From: Deltaproteobacteria bacterium
GTDB taxonomy: Bacteria > CG2-30-53-67
Length of the DNA stretch: 19,058 nucleotides
NCBI GenBank assembly: GCA_013151235.1
Contig: JAADIO010000053.1
Coordinates: forward strand, 1 to 19,058
Direction: 5' to 3'
In this document: piece after piece, positions 15,006 through 19,058 of the stretch
Layout: every line of letters starts with the position of its first letter
How positions within the stretch are numbered: position 1 is the stretch's first letter
Notes under the pieces: generated by a model
The model's database searches: none
What the model saw: only the letters and a program-made list of their open reading frames with translations
Told to the model about the DNA's origin: nothing
Made by a program: the position numbers and the translations under genes

Positions 15006-16547
15006 ATGAAAAAAGCGTTGATCAGCGTCTCCGACAAATCCGGTGTCGTCGAGTTTGCCCGCGCCCTTCATCAGCGGGGATTTGAGATTCTCTCCACCGG
15101 CGGTACAGCCAAGCTGTTGCAAGACAGCGGGGTTGAGGTCCGTTCCGTTTCGGACTATACCGGATTTCCCGAGATGCTAGACGGCCGGGTCAAGACACTT
15201 CACCCGAAAATTCACGGCGGGCTGTTAGGAAAGCGGAATCAGCCGGACCATGTGGATCAGATGCAAAAACAGGGGATCGAACCGATTGACCTCGTGGCCG
15301 TGAACCTGTATCCTTTTGAGTCCACCATTGCCGAACCGGACTGCACTCTCGAAAATGCCATTGAAAATATCGATATCGGCGGACCGGCCATGATTCGTTC
15401 CGCCGCCAAGAATTTTGCCGATGTTACCGTGATTGTCGACCCCAAAGATTATGAATGGGTCCTACGGGAAATGGAAGAAAATGACGGGCATGTCTCCCGG
15501 AAAACCCGGTATACCCTGGCCTGCAAGGTCTTCGCCCATACGGCCCGTTACGACGGCATGATCTCCTCCTATCTCTCTTCCGAAGGGGAGACTCCCCGGT
15601 TTCCGGAGCAACTGAGCCTTCAATACGAAAAAGTCACGGAGTTGCGATACGGGGAAAATCCCCATCAGCGGGCCGCCTTCTACCGGGAGCCCTACAATAC
15701 CGAGCCGGGCGTAGCCACAGCAGTCATCCACCAGGGAAAGGCCATGTCCTTCAACAACTACCTTGACACCCACTCCGCCCTGGAACTGGCCAAAGAATTT
15801 GAGGTCCCTACATCCGTTGTCGTCAAGCATAACAACCCCTGCGGCGTCGCCTGCTCGAACGACCTGCGGGAGGCCTACATCACCGCCCGGGAGTGCGATC
15901 CCGTATCGGCCTTCGGCGCCGTCCTGGCCTTCAATCGACCCGTGGATACGGCCACGGCGAAAGAGATCGTCTCCACCTTCGTGGAGGTCGTCATCGCACC
16001 GGGATACAACGAAGGGGTCCTGGAAATTTTCAAAGAGAAGGAAAACATCCGGATCCTCGAAATCGATATATGGGGGCGGGAGCGTCCTCAGGACATGGAG
16101 TTGAAAAAAGTCGTCGGCGGTCTGATTTACCAGGATCGGGACTTGGGGACCGTCGATATTCGCCGGCTGGAAGTCGTTACAAAACGGCAACCGACGGAAG
16201 AAGAGATTCAGGCCATGTCTTTTGCCTGGAAGGTCGCCAAACATGTGAAATCGAATGCCATCATCCTCACCCGGGCCGACCGGACCGTAGGGATCGGCGC
16301 AGGCCAGATGAGCCGTGTCGATTCAACCCGGCTGGCCATCTCCAAAGCCATGAGTGATACCAAAGGATGCGCCCTCGCCTCGGACGCGTTTTTCCCCTTC
16401 CGGGACGGCATCGATGAGGCGGCAAAATCAGGTGCCACGGCCATCATTCAACCGGGCGGATCGATCAAGGATGCGGAAGTCATCGCCGCGGCCGATGAGT
16501 ATGACATGACGATGATCTTTACAAAGATGCGCCATTTCAGACATTAA
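15006..16547 (+). CDS. purH: Bifunctional AICAR transformylase / IMP cyclohydrolase
   Basis: ALISVSDK, STGGT, GRVKTLHP, IDIGGP, LRYGENPHQ, KHNNPCG, GAGQMSR, ASDAFFPF, C-terminal RHFRH. Confidence 0.98.
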   Translation: MKKALISVSDKSGVVEFARALHQRGFEILSTGGTAKLLQDSGVEVRSVSDYTGFPEMLDGRVKTLHPKIHGGLLGKRNQPDHVDQMQKQGIEPIDLVAVNLYPFESTIAEPDCTLENAIENIDIGGPAMIRSAAKNFADVTVIVDPKDYEWVLREMEENDGHVSRKTRYTLACKVFAHTARYDGMISSYLSSEGETPRFPEQLSLQYEKVTELRYGENPHQRAAFYREPYNTEPGVATAVIHQGKAMSFNNYLDTHSALELAKEFEVPTSVVVKHNNPCGVACSNDLREAYITARECDPVSAFGAVLAFNRPVDTATAKEIVSTFVEVVIAPGYNEGVLEIFKEKENIRILEIDIWGRERPQDMELKKVVGGLIYQDRDLGTVDIRRLEVVTKRQPTEEEIQAMSFAWKVAKHVKSNAIILTRADRTVGIGAGQMSRVDSTRLAISKAMSDTKGCALASDAFFPFRDGIDEAAKSGATAIIQPGGSIKDAEVIAAADEYDMTMIFTKMRHFRH

Positions 16548-16550
16548 TCG

Positions 16551-16647
16551 AGCATTCAGCGATCAGCCATCAGCTTTCAGCCAAAACAAAAATGATATGC
16601 TTTGCGCCTTACTTTTGCTGATAGCTGGACGCTGACGACTGAAAGAT
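16551..16647. repeat. Inverted pair of degenerate heptamer tandem arrays
   Basis: AGCATTC-AGCGATC-AGCCATC-AGCTTTC-AGC (16551-16581) and GCTGATA-GCTGGAC-GCTGACG-ACTGAAA-GAT (16617-16647). Confidence 0.75.
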
Positions 16648-16655
16648 CATATAGT

Positions 16656-16732
16656 GCCCCCGTAGCTCAGCTGGATAGAGCACAGGATTCCGGTTCCTGG
16701 TGTCGGAGGTTCGACTCCTCTCGGGGGTACCA
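16656..16732 (+). tRNA. tRNA-Arg (anticodon CCG)
   Basis: GCCCCCG…CGGGGGT-ACCA acceptor, D-arm GCTC…GAGC, anticodon arm CAGGA-TT-CCG-GT-TCCTG, T-loop GGTTCGACTCC; 77 nt. Confidence 0.96.
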
Positions 16733-16735
16733 TTT

Positions 16736-17191
16736 TTATCTTTTTACTTTCTCTTTGATCCTTATTCCCTGTTCCTGATCAAGGCTCCAGTTCCTGATCC
16801 GTTGTTTTTCTTTTTTCGTAAGGCGCGCCTCCGGGTGAATTATCCGGTAATACCAGGGAGGCATATCCCCATTATTCACGGCTTCCCCGATATCTCTGAT
16901 GCGTTTTACAATCTTCTGCCGGTCAAGCCGGTTCCACGCAGTGAAATTCATTTTCTGCCTCGCCTCGGACACATCCTGCGCAATAATCCATGAAATGGGT
17001 GCCAAATAGGAGTACCAGGGCCATACGGTCTCATTGGAGTGACAATTATAGCAGGCGCGATGAAAGATCCCGGCCAATGGACGGGGAAAAGCAACTTCTG
17101 TCTCAATTGGGGGATTACTTCTCTTCAGGGGAATCAGTTGGATGAGGACAAACAATACCAGGAAACCATGGATAAATTTCTTTTTTCTCAT
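16736..17191 (-). CDS. Haem-binding domain protein (single CXXCH c-type cytochrome)
   Basis: N-terminal TM (…LIQLIP..R.NPP), ACYNCHSNETVWPWYS, MNF..W, MPP..Y…HPEA.L; ATG 17191 follows GGAGAG (alternative GTG 17197). Confidence 0.9.
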   Translation of the reverse strand: MRKKKFIHGFLVLFVLIQLIPLKRSNPPIETEVAFPRPLAGIFHRACYNCHSNETVWPWYSYLAPISWIIAQDVSEARQKMNFTAWNRLDRQKIVKRIRDIGEAVNNGDMPPWYYRIIHPEARLTKKEKQRIRNWSLDQEQGIRIKEKVKR

Positions 17192-17303
17192 TTCCACTCT
17201 CCGATCTATCTCTACTACCTCTTTGTCCGGGACAGAGCCCGAGTGAATGTACCCGGAAGATTCAGCGAATACGGGATCACGGGGATGCGGCCTTTAACGT
17301 CAT

Positions 17304-17987
17304 TCAACGTTGTGGCGTCGTCGTATAGAGGATCCCGCCGTCGGCTTGAACAACTTTGTAGATCTTCTTGGGGGGCCGGTGCATCTTTTTGTATCCTTGA
17401 TAGTAACGGAGAACCCGGGCCACATAGGCTCGGGTCGACGGGATGGGGGGAATATCGCCGCAAGCGGCAACACGGGTCTCCCCCGCATGGTATGCGGCAA
17501 TGACCAGCCGGGGTTTTCCGAACCTCTTTTGAAGTTCCCTCAGGTATCGGACACCACCGTCGATATTCTGTTCCGGCTGGAAAGGATCATCCACCTTCAG
17601 CTTCTTCGCCGTCTCCGGCATCAGCTGCATGAGGCCGATGGCACCGGCCACCGATACGGCATAGGGATCGTAGTCGGATTCAGCCTTGATGACGGCCCGG
17701 ATCAGTTCCTCCTCGACTCCATATCTGGCGGCAGCCTGTTCGATGTCCCTGCGATATCGATCCAGGCTTTCCGACAGGTTTTCCTTTTCCGGGAGGGAAG
17801 AGGGATAGCGGGAGACCAGCTTCATTTCCCCGCTCTTCTCATGACTGTGGGTCACATGGATATTCCCCTCCGGATCTGCGTAGACAAAAAGGTCAGCTTC
17901 TACTCCTCCAGCCCAGAAAAAAATCAGAAGAAGTAACGACCCGACCAGACATCCCCTTTTTCCCAATGTCCTCCAGTACGATTCCAT
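17304..17987 (-). CDS. Lytic transglycosylase (SLT domain), exported
   Basis: AVIKAESDYDP.AVS.AGA.GLMQLMPETA, NI.GG..YL, AAYHAG, T..YV.RV; N-terminal hydrophobic segment. Confidence 0.93.
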   Translation of the reverse strand: MESYWRTLGKRGCLVGSLLLLIFFWAGGVEADLFVYADPEGNIHVTHSHEKSGEMKLVSRYPSSLPEKENLSESLDRYRRDIEQAAARYGVEEELIRAVIKAESDYDPYAVSVAGAIGLMQLMPETAKKLKVDDPFQPEQNIDGGVRYLRELQKRFGKPRLVIAAYHAGETRVAACGDIPPIPSTRAYVARVLRYYQGYKKMHRPPKKIYKVVQADGGILYTTTPQR

Positions 17988-17996
17988 TTCAATTAC

Positions 17997-18025
17997 AAGC
18001 TATCACAGAGGGCTCGGATCGTCAA
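17997..18025 (-). promoter_or_regulatory. Sigma70-like promoter for the lytic transglycosylase
   Basis: TTGACG-17 nt-TAGCTT with TG extended -10. Confidence 0.4.
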
Positions 18026-18078
18026 GAATCAGGCTCCGGAATTTCCCTCAGATTGAACGGAAACAGAGAAAAGACCAA

Positions 18079-18877
18079 TGATTTGGGGTCATTATTAGAA
18101 CCGTTGAACAGAACAATCTTTTCCCTATGCTCCGTGCTCCCAAAAAGACTCAAGAGGTAATCCTGGGTTCTCTGGAATTCCGTAAATGATGCTGACTTCC
18201 CGGGCCGAACTCAGTTGGACCGCTTTATCAAATCCGACCTCCAACGCCTTGATCAGGCTCTGGCCTTTTGGCATTCTTCGTGATGGAAACGGCAATGTCC
18301 AAAGGAGGCTTCCAGATCCTGTATTTTATTCTCGATGGCTTGGATATCATCTTGAAAGAAGAAGTCTTGTTGGGCTTCGGATTCCGCTCATTCATCCTGA
18401 AGGTTCTCGAATGACTCAAAACCCTCAGAAAGTCTCTTTTCCGCTTCCTTCAGGACTTTCTCGTTATTTTTTCAGCCGGGCCTTGAGCTCATCGTAGGTC
18501 TTAAAATCCGCCAGACCTGCGTATTGAAAACAAAAGCTTTTGAGATCACCGAAAGCATAATCATTAACGCAGCTGACCAAACCATAGCGTTCCAATAATG
18601 AGTTCTGCAGGGCCGTGGCCGTCAAGTCGAATGGATTTTGCCTGCCCTTCTTCCGGGCCATATGATGTGCGGGCTTCAGGAATGTGGGAAAGCAGGAAAA
18701 ACTTCTCCTGCAGTTCCTGTAGCCACTGCTTTTGAAGGCTTGAGAGAACGATGATCAGGATTTTTCATTTCCGCTCGCCCCTTTTCCCGGGAAAGAACAA
18801 TACCCGCTTCAATGCTTTTTCCCAATCCGACTTCATCTGCAATCCGCAAGTATCGTGTCCCTGAACAAAGGGGATCT
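18079..18877 (-). pseudogene. Fragmented SNF2-family helicase pseudogene
   Basis: Successive minus-strand frames give RSPLFRDTILAD / ADEVGLGKSIEAGIVLS (motif I) / ERK*KILIIVLSSLQKQWLQELQEKFFL (motif Ia) / NPFD-LTATALQNSLLERYGLVS (motif III) / LDIAVSITKNAK / GQSLIKALEVGF / FTEFQRTQDYLL…KIVLFNGSNNDPKS (motif IV region). Confidence 0.85.
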
Positions 18878-18988
18878 GTTGGAAACCTTTAATGATGCAT
18901 CAAAGCGTCCATTTTCCCAAATTAAAGTCCGTTAACTACTCGAAGCAGAGGAAATTTCCGGGGTCTTTCAAAACGAAACACCAAAATT

Positions 18989-19038
18989 GATGAAGTCGTA
19001 AAAAGTCGTTTTCCGGATTCCGTTCATGGTTCGACAGG
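18989..19038. mobile_element. Second copy (left 50 bp) of the 7590-7767 MITE
   Basis: GATGAAGTCGTAAAAAGTCGTTTTCCGGATTCCGTTCATGGTTCGACAGG identical to 7590-7639; preceded by AAAATT. Confidence 0.9.
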
Positions 19039-19058
19039 TTGATATGGTTGACAGTTGT

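Noticed and set aside
18186-18661. Small ORFs 18186-18497, 18228-18419 and 18464-18661 as independent genes
   Set aside because: They are pieces or antisense of the SNF2 helicase pseudogene.

Overview
Bacterial chromosomal window, GC-rich in its core; gene content and repeat types suggest a deltaproteobacterium-like diderm (inference). The housekeeping core runs: tRNA-Val(CAC), SurA/PpiC-type lipoprotein foldase, aconitate hydratase, YrfG-like HAD nucleotidase, PilZ protein, a complete minus-strand tolQ-tolR-tolA-tolB-pal-cpoB cluster preceded by polyprenyl synthase-apbE-acyl-CoA thioesterase, then purH and tRNA-Arg(CCG). Both flanks, beyond the tRNA 3' ends, are accessory or decayed. Left: a PEP-CTERM protein and stacked remnants of an IS256 left end, an IS481-like HTH and an integron-integrase C-terminus. 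Right: a CXXCH haem-binding protein, a lytic transglycosylase and a shattered SNF2 helicase pseudogene. The most unusual signal is non-coding: a family of small non-autonomous elements with shared termini (GAY-G..GTAAAAAGTC / GACTTTTTACG..CCRTC) and different internal hairpin cargo. It occupies three tol-pal gene junctions at the stop codons and supplies part of the TGA of tolQ and tolR. One copy has a perfect 6-bp target duplication and nested REP-like hairpins. The aconitase has Ser in place of the first canonical Fe-S cysteine. Family assignments of the remnants come from motif recognition by eye, not from searches.
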